Below, piece after piece: positions 1 through 9,439 of a stretch of 51,782 nucleotides of DNA. The notes below the pieces were generated by a model that saw only the letters and a list, made by a program, of their open reading frames with translations, was not told the DNA's origin and did no database searches. Numbering within the stretch: position 1 is the first letter of the stretch; each line of letters opens with the position of its first letter. This stretch comes from Dehalococcoidia bacterium (GTDB taxonomy: Bacteria; Chloroflexota; Dehalococcoidia; Lucifugimonadales; Australimonadaceae), in contig CAUZHS010000004.1 in the NCBI GenBank assembly GCA_963579845.1, positions 1-51,782 of the forward strand. The letters run 5' to 3'. The translations under genes were made by a program, and so were the position numbers.

Positions 1-2
1 TG

Positions 3-437
3 GAGATTGGCGACGAGTCGAACGCGGAAGCCTACCTAGAGCAACAGCGAGCCAACAATGAGCGCATCATGGGCTTTGGCCACGCTGTCTACAAGGTGGA
101 GGACCCCCGGGCCCGCCACCTTCGCGAGGGGTCAAAACGCCTCGGGGAGAAGATGGGCCAACCGCAGTGGTTCAGGATTCTGAGCAAGGTTGAGGAACTC
201 ATGGCCCCCTATGCGGAACGGGGCATTTGTGTGAACGTGGACTTTTGGGCAGGGTCGGCCTATTTCCTTATGGATATTCCCGAAGACCTGTTTGTGCCTA
301 TTTTCGCTATCGCCCGAGTCCCGGGCTACGTGGTACAGGTCTTGGAGCAGCAGAAGACCAGTAGCATTATTCGTCCGCTACTCCAGTATGTTGGACCTGA
401 GGACTTGGAATACATCCCCATCGAAAAAAGAGGGTAG
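3..437 (+). CDS. Citrate synthase / 2-methylcitrate synthase, C-terminal part (truncated by window edge)
   Basis: GFGHAVYK and NVDF catalytic motifs; frame is open back to the window start. Confidence 0.9.
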   Translation, partial: EIGDESNAEAYLEQQRANNERIMGFGHAVYKVEDPRARHLREGSKRLGEKMGQPQWFRILSKVEELMAPYAERGICVNVDFWAGSAYFLMDIPEDLFVPIFAIARVPGYVVQVLEQQKTSSIIRPLLQYVGPEDLEYIPIEKRG

Positions 438-475
438 GCCGGTCGAAATCTGACGCAAGGAGCGAATAGTAAACG

Positions 476-670
476 ATGCAGAGCGTGGACCTTATCAATG
501 GCGCGAGTTCGGAAAACGACTGCAGTCACTACTGGGTAATTGAAAGTCCCAGCGGCCCGACAAGTGAAGGTTGGTGCAAAGCATGCGGAGAAGTCCGCGA
601 GTTTAAAAATTCCATCCAGATCACCAGTTGGGAATCAGACGGTAACCAGGTGAACCGCACCCAGACCTAA
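476..670 (+). CDS. Small hypothetical protein with putative metal-binding CxH...CxxC motif
   Basis: 64 aa with CSHYWVIE...GWCKACG; AAGGAG upstream; terminator downstream. Confidence 0.65.
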   Translation: MQSVDLINGASSENDCSHYWVIESPSGPTSEGWCKACGEVREFKNSIQITSWESDGNQVNRTQT

Positions 671-711
671 CTCGCGTAGTCAGGTCTTTATAGTCATTCC
701 CGCTGAAGATG

Positions 712-740
712 AACGCCCCGCCTAAGCGCGGGGCGTTTTC
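712..740 (+). terminator. Intrinsic terminator
   Basis: aacgccccgc-ctaagc-gcggggcgtt hairpin followed by T's. Confidence 0.65.
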
Positions 741-787
741 GTGTCCGGTTGCTGACAAGGTGGACGGCTACCCGGTAAGGTAGGCCG

Positions 788-2005
788 ATGATTGCAAATA
801 CCCACGGGCCAGAGCAGGAAGTGCGCCAGCGCATTCTCTCCCAGGGCCCCATTACCTTTGCCGAGTTCCACCGGATTGCCCTTTATTGGCCGCGAGGTGG
901 TTACTACAACGGCGCTGGACCCTTTGGCGCCGCGGGCGACTTTTACACAGCGCCTTTGGCGCATCCTGCTTTCGGTGCGCTTCTCATGGTGCAGCTTCGA
1001 CATATGTGGCAGATATTGGGCGAGCCGAACCCCTTCTGGATTATCGAGCCCGGTGCCGGGGTGGGCCGCATGGCTGAGGATATTTTGCGTGCAGCTGAGG
1101 CCTTCGCACCAGAAATGTACGAAACTCTTCGGTACGTTGCCATCGAACCTCATCCTGCGAGCTGCGCACCCGGTCCTCTCCAGTGGCTGCGGTCTGCCGG
1201 CCTTCCGCTCCGGGGCGTCCGAGGTTGCATTCTGGCAAACGAGTTGCTGGACGCCTTCCCTGTGCACCGCGTGCACATGCGGAACGGTGAACTCAGGGAG
1301 ATTTTCGTCACCCTCGACGAGGCGGGGACACTGGTCGAACTGGATGGAGAGCCGTCCACTCCGGCCTTGGCCGAGCGATTTGAAGCGCTGAATATTACGC
1401 TGCCGAACGACTACCGGACAGAGGTTAATTTGGAATTGCGGCCATGGCTTGAGGCTGCTGCCGCCGCGCTGGGAAGCGGCTATTTGCTCCTTTTTGATTA
1501 TGGCCACGAAGCGCGTGATTTCTACGGTGCGGCGCGGGCTAGTGGGACACTTCGCTGCTATTACCGCCATACGCTGAATGCCAACCCCCTGCGGCATGTC
1601 GGCAAGCAGGATATCAGCGTTCATGTCGAATTTAGCTCCGTACGCAATATTGCGGTCTCTCTGGGCCTCGTGGAGATGGGCTTCGCTTTGCAGGCGGAAT
1701 TCCTGGCCAATCTTGGGTTGGATGACTTTCGCAAAGATATCGAACAGCGAAGGGGTTTGCCGAGTCAGGTGCGGGATGCGAACCTCTGGGCGATGGATAC
1801 CTTGGTTCGCGAAGACGGCATGGGTTCCTTCAAGGTCGCGGCCTTTGGGAAGTCCGTTCCCCAGCATCCTCTCCAAGGGTTTTCCCCAGGGCTGAAATCT
1901 CAAGAGCGCGTCGCTGCGCCCCTGACCACACCTGCGCACATGCCTGCGCCCGATTTTGGCCCAAGCGAAATGGAACTACCATCGTGGGAGGAGCTTCTGC
2001 GCTAG
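788..2005 (+). CDS. SAM-dependent methyltransferase, MidA/NDUFAF7 family
   Basis: GPITFAEF..ALY.P.GGYY, GDFYTAP, IIEPGAG.G, ANELLDAFP, DYG, QDISVHVEF motifs. Confidence 0.9.
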   Translation: MIANTHGPEQEVRQRILSQGPITFAEFHRIALYWPRGGYYNGAGPFGAAGDFYTAPLAHPAFGALLMVQLRHMWQILGEPNPFWIIEPGAGVGRMAEDILRAAEAFAPEMYETLRYVAIEPHPASCAPGPLQWLRSAGLPLRGVRGCILANELLDAFPVHRVHMRNGELREIFVTLDEAGTLVELDGEPSTPALAERFEALNITLPNDYRTEVNLELRPWLEAAAAALGSGYLLLFDYGHEARDFYGAARASGTLRCYYRHTLNANPLRHVGKQDISVHVEFSSVRNIAVSLGLVEMGFALQAEFLANLGLDDFRKDIEQRRGLPSQVRDANLWAMDTLVREDGMGSFKVAAFGKSVPQHPLQGFSPGLKSQERVAAPLTTPAHMPAPDFGPSEMELPSWEELLR

Positions 2006-2059
2006 GGACTATTCAGATCTACCTTCGCCTTGTAAGACACTAAGCGTGGAGCGCAGTTG

Positions 2060-2104
2060 CTATAGAAAAGGGACCGTTCCATTGGAACAGTCCCTTTTCT
2101 ATAG
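2060..2104. terminator. Bidirectional terminator between convergent genes
   Basis: ctatagaaaagggaccgttcc-att-ggaacagtcccttttctatag near-perfect inverted repeat. Confidence 0.8.
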
Positions 2105-2117
2105 GTATCTTTGTTAG

Positions 2118-2579
2118 TTAGCCTTGGAGCTTTTCGAGCTCTCCGAGAATAACGGTGGCATCGGGGAGGGTGCCCGGCTCGTAGATCTCCTTCCAGCGGA
2201 TCGTGCCTTCTTTGTCGATGATGAACACCGAACGCCGTCCAACGCCGGAATCCTCGTTGTAAATGCCGTAGCTCCGGAGGGTGTCCTTGGGATGAAAGTC
2301 GGAGAGCAGGGGATGGGAAACACCGCCCAAGCCAGTGGCGAAGGCCCGGAGTGACGGTGAGCTGTCTGCGCTTAGGCCCAGAACCTGGGCCCCCTTCTCC
2401 TCGTATTGCCGGGTTGCCCGGCTAAATGAGGAGGTTTGGTTCGCTCAGCCGCCGGTGAAGGCGGAGGGAAAAACGTGAAGTACCACCCACTTCTCTCCCT
2501 TGAATTGGCTCAAGCTGATTTCTTCTCGATTGTGGTCCATTAGTTTGAAATCGGGTGCAGATTGGCCTATGTCAACCAT
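2118..2579 (-). CDS. Selenocysteine-containing peroxiredoxin (AhpC/TSA, AhpE-like), 153 aa with U45
   Basis: MVDIGQSAPDFKL...VLHVFPSAFTGG-TGA(2445-2447)-ANQ... continues in frame into the track ORF 2118..2330 (LLSDF, RSVFIIDKEG); TGA falls at the C of PxxxTxxC. Confidence 0.9.
2397..2433 (-). promoter_or_regulatory. Candidate bacterial SECIS hairpin
   Basis: CTCCTC-attta-GCCGGG-caa-CCCGGC-aatac-GAGGAG starting 11 nt after the UGA. Confidence 0.65.
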
Positions 2580-2658
2580 AATAATCCTTTGCGGGGGCGA
2601 GGTTATTCAAGAGCATATGCCACAGCAGGGGTTACGTAAAGAGAAGGCTTGGTGTCGT

Positions 2659-4131
2659 TTAGGAGTGGCGCCAGCGGAGGTTAGGCTGGCGCGCGGCCTT
2701 GGCTTCGTCGAGACGCGCCACCGGCGTGCTGTGGGGTGCGCTCTGGACTAGTTCCGGTTCGTGGGCCGCTTCATCGTTGATACGCTGGAGGGCGTTGATG
2801 AAGGCGTCCAGAGTCTCTTTCGATTCGGTCTCCGTGGGTTCAATCATCAGCGCCTCTGGCACCACCAGGGGAAAGTACATGGTTGGCGCATGAAACCCGA
2901 AGTCCAACAGGCGCTTTGCGATGTCCAAGGCGCGGATGCCCGGATGCTCTCGAAGGGTTGAGAAGATGACTTCGTGCATGCAGATCCGGTCGTATGGAAG
3001 CGCAAAGAGGTGCTGGAGCTTGACCCGTAGGTAGTTGGCGTTCAGGTTGGCGTTGGCGCTGATATCACGCATGCCCTGGGCGCCGAGAAGGGTGATGTAG
3101 GTGAAGGCCCTGACGAGCATCCCGAAGCTGCCGTAAAAGCCACCGATGCGTCCGATGCTTTCACTTGCCCTAGCTAGTTGGTAATCGCCGTCGCTGGTCA
3201 TGCTCACCATAGGGTCAGGCAGGTAGGGCGCCAGCGTTTCATTGGCGCAGACAGGCCCCGCACCCGGACCGCCTCCTCCGTGGGGTGTGCTGAAGGTCTT
3301 GTGCAAGTTGAGATGCACCACGTCGAAGCCAAGCTTGCCCAGTTTCACTCTGCCCAGGAGCGCGTTCATATTCGCTCCGTCACCGTACACCAGCCCGCCC
3401 GCCTCATGGACGATGCGGCACATCTCCACGACGTTGGTATCGAATAGGCCCAGGGTTGTGGGCAGCGTGAACATTATGCCCGCTAAGTCGGCGGTTGCCT
3501 CGCGGCGCAGCACGTCCAAATCAGTGTTGCCGTGCTCGTCGGAAGGGATGGATACCACGTGGTAGCCTCCCATGGCGGCGGAGGCGGGGTTGGTGCCATG
3601 GGCCGTATCGGGAACCAGCATCTTCGTCCGGTGTCCCTGTTTCTTGGATTGGTGGAAGCCCCGGATCATCAGGATGCCGGTCAGCTCTCCGTGAGCTCCG
3701 GCCAGGGGTGCGAGGCTGGCGCTATCCATGCCGGTGATCTCGTTTAGGTAGCCCTGAAGCCGGTACATCAGCTCCAGCGCTCCCTGAATTTGGCTGGTGC
3801 TCTGACGGGGATGGAGCTGGGCGAAGCCAGGGAGCGCCGCCGTTTGCTCGTTCAGCCGGGGATTGTACTTCATGCTGCAGCTTCCCAGCGGGTAGAAATT
3901 GGTATCTATCGAGAAGTTGAGCTGGCTCAGGTTGGAGAAGTAGCGGACAACCTCGCCTTCTGTGACCTCTGGTAGCTCCAAGTCGTCCCTGAGCAGCTCC
4001 TCCGGTGGCATCGCCTGTTCGGGAACATCGGATGAGGGGAGCGAGACGCCGGTTCGGCCGGGAACGCTCCGATCCATCAGCAGGCGGCGCTGGTACTCCT
4101 GGTCGCTAACGGAGAGGGTTGGAGTCCGCAT
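2659..4131 (-). CDS. gcvPB: Glycine dehydrogenase (decarboxylating) subunit 2
   Basis: YPLGSCSMKYNP, AHGTNPASA, HLNLHKTFSTPHGGGGPG (PLP lysine), IEPTETE. Confidence 0.96.
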   Translation of the reverse strand: MRTPTLSVSDQEYQRRLLMDRSVPGRTGVSLPSSDVPEQAMPPEELLRDDLELPEVTEGEVVRYFSNLSQLNFSIDTNFYPLGSCSMKYNPRLNEQTAALPGFAQLHPRQSTSQIQGALELMYRLQGYLNEITGMDSASLAPLAGAHGELTGILMIRGFHQSKKQGHRTKMLVPDTAHGTNPASAAMGGYHVVSIPSDEHGNTDLDVLRREATADLAGIMFTLPTTLGLFDTNVVEMCRIVHEAGGLVYGDGANMNALLGRVKLGKLGFDVVHLNLHKTFSTPHGGGGPGAGPVCANETLAPYLPDPMVSMTSDGDYQLARASESIGRIGGFYGSFGMLVRAFTYITLLGAQGMRDISANANLNANYLRVKLQHLFALPYDRICMHEVIFSTLREHPGIRALDIAKRLLDFGFHAPTMYFPLVVPEALMIEPTETESKETLDAFINALQRINDEAAHEPELVQSAPHSTPVARLDEAKAARQPNLRWRHS

Positions 4132-4133
4132 GG

Positions 4134-5456
4134 CTAGGCCACCTCTCGGAGCGCCGTTACTAGCGCATCGATCTCTTGGCGGCTGTTGAGCTCCGTCACG
4201 CAGAGCAGAAGGCCGTTGGGCACGAGGTCACTGATGTCCAGTCCGCTGATAATGCCCCTTGCCCCAAGCGCTCGGCTTATCTCTTCGGGCGGCCTGGGGC
4301 AACTGACGACGAACTCCTGGAAGAAGATTCCCTGCAAGGGTAGGCCGTAGCCGGAGAGGTGGCCAATTTCCGCGGCAGCGTAGTGGGCCTTCTGGTAACA
4401 GAGCTCGGCGACGTGGCGCAGTCCATGCTTGCCCATGCAGGCGGCGTAGATGGTGGCCATGAGCCCGATGAGGGCGGTACTGGTGCAGATGTTGGAGGTG
4501 GCGCGCTCGCGCCGGATGTGTTGCTCGCGGGTTTGGAGGGTCAACACGTAGCCGGTTCGGCCATCGGAGTCGGAGGTCTTGCCTACGATGCGTCCGGGCA
4601 CTTGGCGTAGGTATTCTTGCTTACAGGCGAACAGGCCTACGTAAGGCCCGCCAAAGCTGGGCGGAATGCCCAGGGCCTGGCCCTCGGCGGTGGCGATGTC
4701 TACCCCGGAGGCGCCCGGAGACGTAAAGAGGGCCATTGCCACCGGATCCACCGATGCGCAGAGCAGTGCGCCCTGTCCGTGGGCGGTCTGAGCCAGGGTA
4801 TCGAGATGTTCCATGTAGCCGTAGAAGTTGGGGTGCTGGACTAATACGCACGCCGTTCCGGGCTGAAGTTCTCGCACGTCCGGCTCTACGGTGTATATTT
4901 CGATACCCTGGGCGGCGGTGTAGGTCTGGACGACTTCGGCGTAGTTGGGCGCCACGGTAGTGAGGATAGCCACGCGTTGGCGCTGGGTTACCCGGCATGC
5001 CATGAGCGCGGCCTCTGCCATGCTGGTGGCGCCGTCGTACATACCAGCGTTGGCTACCTCCATACCCAGGAGTTGGGCCGACATGGTCTGGAACTCATAG
5101 GCAGCTTGTAGCGTACCTTGGGCTACCTCAGCTTGATAGGGCGTGTAGGAGGTCAGAAACTCTCCCCGGCTGGCCAGTGCGTTCACCACGGCTGGAGAGA
5201 AGTGGCGGTAAACTCCCGCGCCCAGAAAGGAGGCGTGCCGGCCTAGGTGAAGATTTTTGTCCGCAAGACGCTCCATTTCCTGCTGCAACTCCATTTCCGA
5301 GAGGGGAGGCGGCAGGCGGAGAACCGGGTCGCGGAATGCTTCAGGAATATCGGTGAAGAGCTCGTCCGTCGATGTTATACCTACCGCTTGGAGCATGGCC
5401 GTGCGGTCTTCTTCGGTATTGGGGATGTACGGAGAACTAAAGGTTTGCTGTGCCAT
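4134..5456 (-). CDS. gcvPA: Glycine dehydrogenase (decarboxylating) subunit 1
   Basis: FLGAGVY, YTPYQAEVAQG, LTLQTREQHIRRERATSNICT; start set at MAQQTF (5456) to avoid overlap with gcvH. Confidence 0.95.
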   Translation of the reverse strand: MAQQTFSSPYIPNTEEDRTAMLQAVGITSTDELFTDIPEAFRDPVLRLPPPLSEMELQQEMERLADKNLHLGRHASFLGAGVYRHFSPAVVNALASRGEFLTSYTPYQAEVAQGTLQAAYEFQTMSAQLLGMEVANAGMYDGATSMAEAALMACRVTQRQRVAILTTVAPNYAEVVQTYTAAQGIEIYTVEPDVRELQPGTACVLVQHPNFYGYMEHLDTLAQTAHGQGALLCASVDPVAMALFTSPGASGVDIATAEGQALGIPPSFGGPYVGLFACKQEYLRQVPGRIVGKTSDSDGRTGYVLTLQTREQHIRRERATSNICTSTALIGLMATIYAACMGKHGLRHVAELCYQKAHYAAAEIGHLSGYGLPLQGIFFQEFVVSCPRPPEEISRALGARGIISGLDISDLVPNGLLLCVTELNSRQEIDALVTALREVA

Positions 5457-5530
5457 ATTCACCACGATGCGCTTAAAGCGCGTTGGATCGATTCCCGGTC
5501 CAGATTTAGGGGCAGGAACGAGTCTTAGGT

Positions 5531-5908
5531 CTAGGTGGAGGCGTCGTATTGAGAGGCGTCCAACAGCGAGTCGAGCTCCGTTGCGTCGGCCAACTTCACG
5601 CGGAGGAGCCATCCTTTGTCGTAGGGGTCGGTGTTCAACAGTTCAGGCTCGCCGCCCACCGCCTCATTGATTTCCACTACCTCGCCGGTCACGGGAGAGA
5701 AGAGATCTGATACCGCCTTGACCGACTCCACCTCGCCCATCTGTTTGTACTGCTCTATCGTGGCCCCTAGCTTCGGCAGCTCCACGTAGACCACGTCGCC
5801 CAACTGGTCTTGGGCAAAATGGCTGATGCCCACCCGGGCTGTGCCGTCAGGCTGGAGTAGCACCCATTCGTGTTCTTTGGAATATTTGCGGTCGTTCGGT
5901 GTTTCCAT
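5531..5908 (-). CDS. gcvH: Glycine cleavage system H protein
   Basis: YSKEHEW, GISHFAQDQLGDVVYV, VESVKAVSD lipoyl lysine, NTDPY..GW. Confidence 0.97.
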   Translation of the reverse strand: METPNDRKYSKEHEWVLLQPDGTARVGISHFAQDQLGDVVYVELPKLGATIEQYKQMGEVESVKAVSDLFSPVTGEVVEINEAVGGEPELLNTDPYDKGWLLRVKLADATELDSLLDASQYDAST

Positions 5909-5910
5909 GG

Positions 5911-7014
5911 TTACCTCGGCCGTGCGTAGAAGGGCAGGGGAACGGTGACCACATTGGTCAGCTTTCCGCGGATGTCCACGCGCAGGCTCGTGCCTGGGGA
6001 AGCGAGCCGCGACGGAACATAGCCGAGGCCAATATTCCTGTCAAGCGTTGGGGAGTAGCCTCCGCTGGTCACCCCTCCCACGGCCTTTCCATCGGCCAGC
6101 AGCGTGGCGTGGGGTCGGGGAATCGGTCCTCTCCCCACTGTCTCGAATCCTGTTAACCGCCGCTCCGTCCCATGCTCTCGTGCTTGACGGATGGGCCCCG
6201 CGCCGCAGAACTCCCGCTCCGTCTTCACGAAGCGCTCTAGCCCTGCTTCGATGGGGCCGGTGGTGAGATCGATGTCGGAGCCGTGAAGGGGGAGGCCCGC
6301 CTCCAGCCGCAGGGTGTCCCGTGCGCCTAGGCCACAGGGTATCGCACCGTGCTCCACGAGCAGATCCCATACGCGCTGGGCAGCTTCTGCCAGCGGCATG
6401 ACCTCGACACCGTCCTCGCCGGTATAGCCGGTGCGGGCCATGAATGCGGATTGACCGTTGTCCGTGAAGGCCGCCTGTGTGGACCGGAATAGCCGCACCG
6501 TCGACGGGTCGAAGTCGGTCAGGTGGGTGATGATGCTCAAGGCCTGGGGCCCCTGGAGGGCGAGCATTGCCGTTTTAGCGGTATCATCCCGAATCAGAGC
6601 ATCGGGGAACCGCTCGGCCCGCCAGCGCTCCAGCCATGCGAGGACCGCGGCTGTATTCCCGGCGTTGGCCACCAGCAGATAGCGTTCCTCCCCCAGCCGG
6701 TAGACGATGCCATCGTCGATGATCCCCCCCTCTTCGTTGCAGAGGAGCCCGTAGCGGGCGCGGTTGACGGGCATCTCAGGGCCAATGTCGGCGGTATGCA
6801 CCCAGTCAACGAGATGTCGAGCCCCGGGCCCCTCGATGACGATGCGGCCCATGTGGGAGACGTCGAAGATTCCTGCGCCGGTGCGAACGGTCCGGACCTC
6901 GGCAAGGATACCCTGATACTGAATGGGCATCTCCCATCCGGCGAAGGGCACGAGGCGGGCGTGTATCCCGACGTGACTCTCGTAAAGAGGCGTATGGCGG
7001 AGTGCGGTGGTCAA
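5911..7014 (-). CDS. gcvT: Glycine cleavage system aminomethyltransferase T
   Basis: TPLY..H, FAGWEMPIQY, FDVSHMG, RTGYTGEDG, GLGARDTLRLEAG; likely TTG start at 7014 with GAGGT upstream. Confidence 0.95.
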   Translation of the reverse strand: MTTALRHTPLYESHVGIHARLVPFAGWEMPIQYQGILAEVRTVRTGAGIFDVSHMGRIVIEGPGARHLVDWVHTADIGPEMPVNRARYGLLCNEEGGIIDDGIVYRLGEERYLLVANAGNTAAVLAWLERWRAERFPDALIRDDTAKTAMLALQGPQALSIITHLTDFDPSTVRLFRSTQAAFTDNGQSAFMARTGYTGEDGVEVMPLAEAAQRVWDLLVEHGAIPCGLGARDTLRLEAGLPLHGSDIDLTTGPIEAGLERFVKTEREFCGAGPIRQAREHGTERRLTGFETVGRGPIPRPHATLLADGKAVGGVTSGGYSPTLDRNIGLGYVPSRLASPGTSLRVDIRGKLTNVVTVPLPFYARPR

Positions 7015-7052
7015 AGGAGGCACCTCATGTGATGACTTATGGGGGATGTGTG

Positions 7053-9338
7053 CTATACCTTGGCCGCCTGGCGCAGCTCCCGAGCCGCCTCCACCATGTG
7101 GGCCAGCGATTCCTCCACCTCCGGCCAGTTCCGCGTCTTCAGGCCGCAGTCGGGGTTCACCCAGAGCTGGTCTGGCGAGAGCACATGCATGGCCTTTGCC
7201 AGCAACCCTTTCATCTCCTGGGTCGCGGCCACCCGAGGCGAGTGGATGTCGTACACGCCGGGGCCGATTTCGTTGGGGTATTTGTACTGGACAAAGGCCT
7301 CGAGAAGTTCCATACGGCTTCGCGAGGACTCGATGGAAATGACATCCGCATCCATCGCTCCGATGGATGCGATCATATCGTTGAACTCGGAGTAGCACAT
7401 GTGGGTGTGAATCTGGGTTGTATCAGTCACGCCGGAGGAGGTTAGCCGGAAGCTTTCCACCGCCCATTTGAGGTAGACGGCCCAGTCCTCTCGTCGCAAA
7501 GGAAGTCCTTCTCGGATGGCCGGCTCGTCGATCTGGATAACCCGGATACCCGCGGCCTCCAGGTCGACCACTTCGTCACGGATGGCTAGGGCAAGCTGGT
7601 AGCAGGTGTCACTCCGGGGCTGGTCATCGCGGACGAACGACCACTGGAGCATTGTCACAGGTCCGGTGAGCATGCCCTTGAGGGGCCGGTCGGTGAGTGA
7701 TTGGGCGTAGGTGGCCCACTCCACCGTCATCGGTGTAGGCCGATTCACGTCACCGAAGATGATGGGCGGCTTCACCGCCCGCGAGCCGTAGCTCTGTACC
7801 CAGCCGTTCTTGGTCGAAACGTACCCCTCCATCTGCTCTCCGAAGTACTCGACCATGTCGTTGCGTTCCGGCTCGCCATGCACCAGCACGTCCAGGCCTA
7901 CCTGCTCCTGGAAGCGAACCACTCGGGCAATCTCTTCTCGGAGGAACTGCTGGTACTGCTCTGGTGTGACCTCCTTGCGCCTGAATGAGGCGCGTGCCTT
8001 GCGGATCTCCGTGGTCTGGGGGAAGGAGCCGATGGTGGTGGTGGGAAATGCGGGGAGATGCAGCGCCTGCTGTTGCAGTTGGCGGCGCGAGTGGAAGGCG
8101 CTCTTGCGGCGCAGCATGGAATCGTCAACCGCTGCGAGCCGTTCCTTGACCTTGGGGTTGTGGATGCGCGGCGAGGTTCGACGGCTCTCCATGGCCTTGG
8201 TGTTCTTGGCGAGCGCCGCCTGCACGCTGGCGCGGCCAGCATTCACGGCGCTGCTGAGGGTCGCGATTTCACTTACCTTCTGACGAGCGAAGGCCATCCA
8301 AGAGCGCATCTCCGCGTCTAGCGTGGTCTCTTCAATAGCTAAATCCACGGGGCTGTGGAGCAGCGAGCAGGACGGGGCGATGAGCACCCGGTCCGTTCCC
8401 AAGGCAGCGATGGCCGTCTCCACGGTGGCCAGCGCACCGTCAAGGTTGGTCTTCCAGATGTTGCGGCCATCCACCACGCCTAGGGAGAGGGCCATGCCGG
8501 AGGATAGCTTGGTCAGCAGCTGCTCCAACTGTCCGGCCCCGCGCACCAGGTCTACGTGCAGCCCTGCCACAGGCAGCGCCAGTGCCGTGTCTCGGTTCTC
8601 GCGCAGGTCGCCGAAGTAGGTCGCCAGGAGCAGCTTGAGCGAGGGCGCTGCTGCCGCAAGTTTGGCGTACGCTGGGCCGAAGACGCGGCGTTCCTCATCG
8701 CTCAGCGTCATCGCCAGCATCGGCTCGTCAATCTGCACCCAATCCGCACCGGCTGCGGCCAATTGCTGGAGAACCTCTTCGTAGACCGGTAGGAGACGCT
8801 CTAAGAGAGGAAGGGTACTGGAATGGCCGTCCGTCGACTTTGCTAGCAGCAGGTAGGTTACCGGGCCGACCAGCACCGGACGAGTGTGGACGCCCAGGGC
8901 CTTGGCCTCAAGGAATTCGTCGATGGGTTTTGTGGAGGAGAGCGCAAAGATCTGGTCCGGTTCCAACTCCGGCACGATATAGTGGTAGTTGGTGTCGAAC
9001 CACTTGGTCATCTCCATTGCAGGGACGCTGGTGTTGCCCCTGGCCATGGCGAAGTAGGTGGCAGAGTTTAGCATGCCACCGGAGTGCTCGTAGCGGGCCG
9101 GTACGGCGCCTACAAGGGCTGTGGTATCCAGTATCTGGTCGTAGAAGGAGAAGTCGTTGGACGGGATGTGCTGGATGCCTGCTGCCTGGGCGAACAGCCA
9201 GTTTTCACGCCGGATTTCTGACGCCGTCTGCTGAAGCGCTGCCTCGTCGAGCTTGCCGGCCCAAAAGGCCTCAACGGCACGCTTCAGTTCGCGGTTGGCA
9301 CCGATTCGAGGGAATCCAAGGTTGGTTGCAATGGCCAT
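7053..9338 (-). CDS. metE: Cobalamin-independent methionine synthase
   Basis: LGFPRIG, MTKWFDTNYHY, PTTTIGSFPQT, HTHMCYSEF, WVNPDCGLKTR. Confidence 0.97.
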   Translation of the reverse strand: MAIATNLGFPRIGANRELKRAVEAFWAGKLDEAALQQTASEIRRENWLFAQAAGIQHIPSNDFSFYDQILDTTALVGAVPARYEHSGGMLNSATYFAMARGNTSVPAMEMTKWFDTNYHYIVPELEPDQIFALSSTKPIDEFLEAKALGVHTRPVLVGPVTYLLLAKSTDGHSSTLPLLERLLPVYEEVLQQLAAAGADWVQIDEPMLAMTLSDEERRVFGPAYAKLAAAAPSLKLLLATYFGDLRENRDTALALPVAGLHVDLVRGAGQLEQLLTKLSSGMALSLGVVDGRNIWKTNLDGALATVETAIAALGTDRVLIAPSCSLLHSPVDLAIEETTLDAEMRSWMAFARQKVSEIATLSSAVNAGRASVQAALAKNTKAMESRRTSPRIHNPKVKERLAAVDDSMLRRKSAFHSRRQLQQQALHLPAFPTTTIGSFPQTTEIRKARASFRRKEVTPEQYQQFLREEIARVVRFQEQVGLDVLVHGEPERNDMVEYFGEQMEGYVSTKNGWVQSYGSRAVKPPIIFGDVNRPTPMTVEWATYAQSLTDRPLKGMLTGPVTMLQWSFVRDDQPRSDTCYQLALAIRDEVVDLEAAGIRVIQIDEPAIREGLPLRREDWAVYLKWAVESFRLTSSGVTDTTQIHTHMCYSEFNDMIASIGAMDADVISIESSRSRMELLEAFVQYKYPNEIGPGVYDIHSPRVAATQEMKGLLAKAMHVLSPDQLWVNPDCGLKTRNWPEVEESLAHMVEAARELRQAAKV

Positions 9339-9360
9339 CTGTACGCTCCCTGTACGCTCC
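9339..9360 (-). repeat. 11-bp tandem duplication of the metE ribosome-binding region
   Basis: ctgtacgctcc x2 (GGAGCGTACAG x2 on minus strand) directly before the ATG. Confidence 0.8.
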
Positions 9361-9439
9361 TGATGATGTAGGCTCTTTATGATACATGCCAGACGGTGCG
9401 CTTCCTACCCTGGTGGTTTGTGATGCTTCAGCCCAGCAC

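Noticed and set aside
722..1939. Long antisense ORFs (722..1939, 10402..11466 and similar)
   Set aside because: Shadows of well-supported opposite-strand genes in GC-rich DNA; no recognisable motifs
7015..7052. Glycine riboswitch upstream of gcvT
   Set aside because: Only 38 nt of intergenic space
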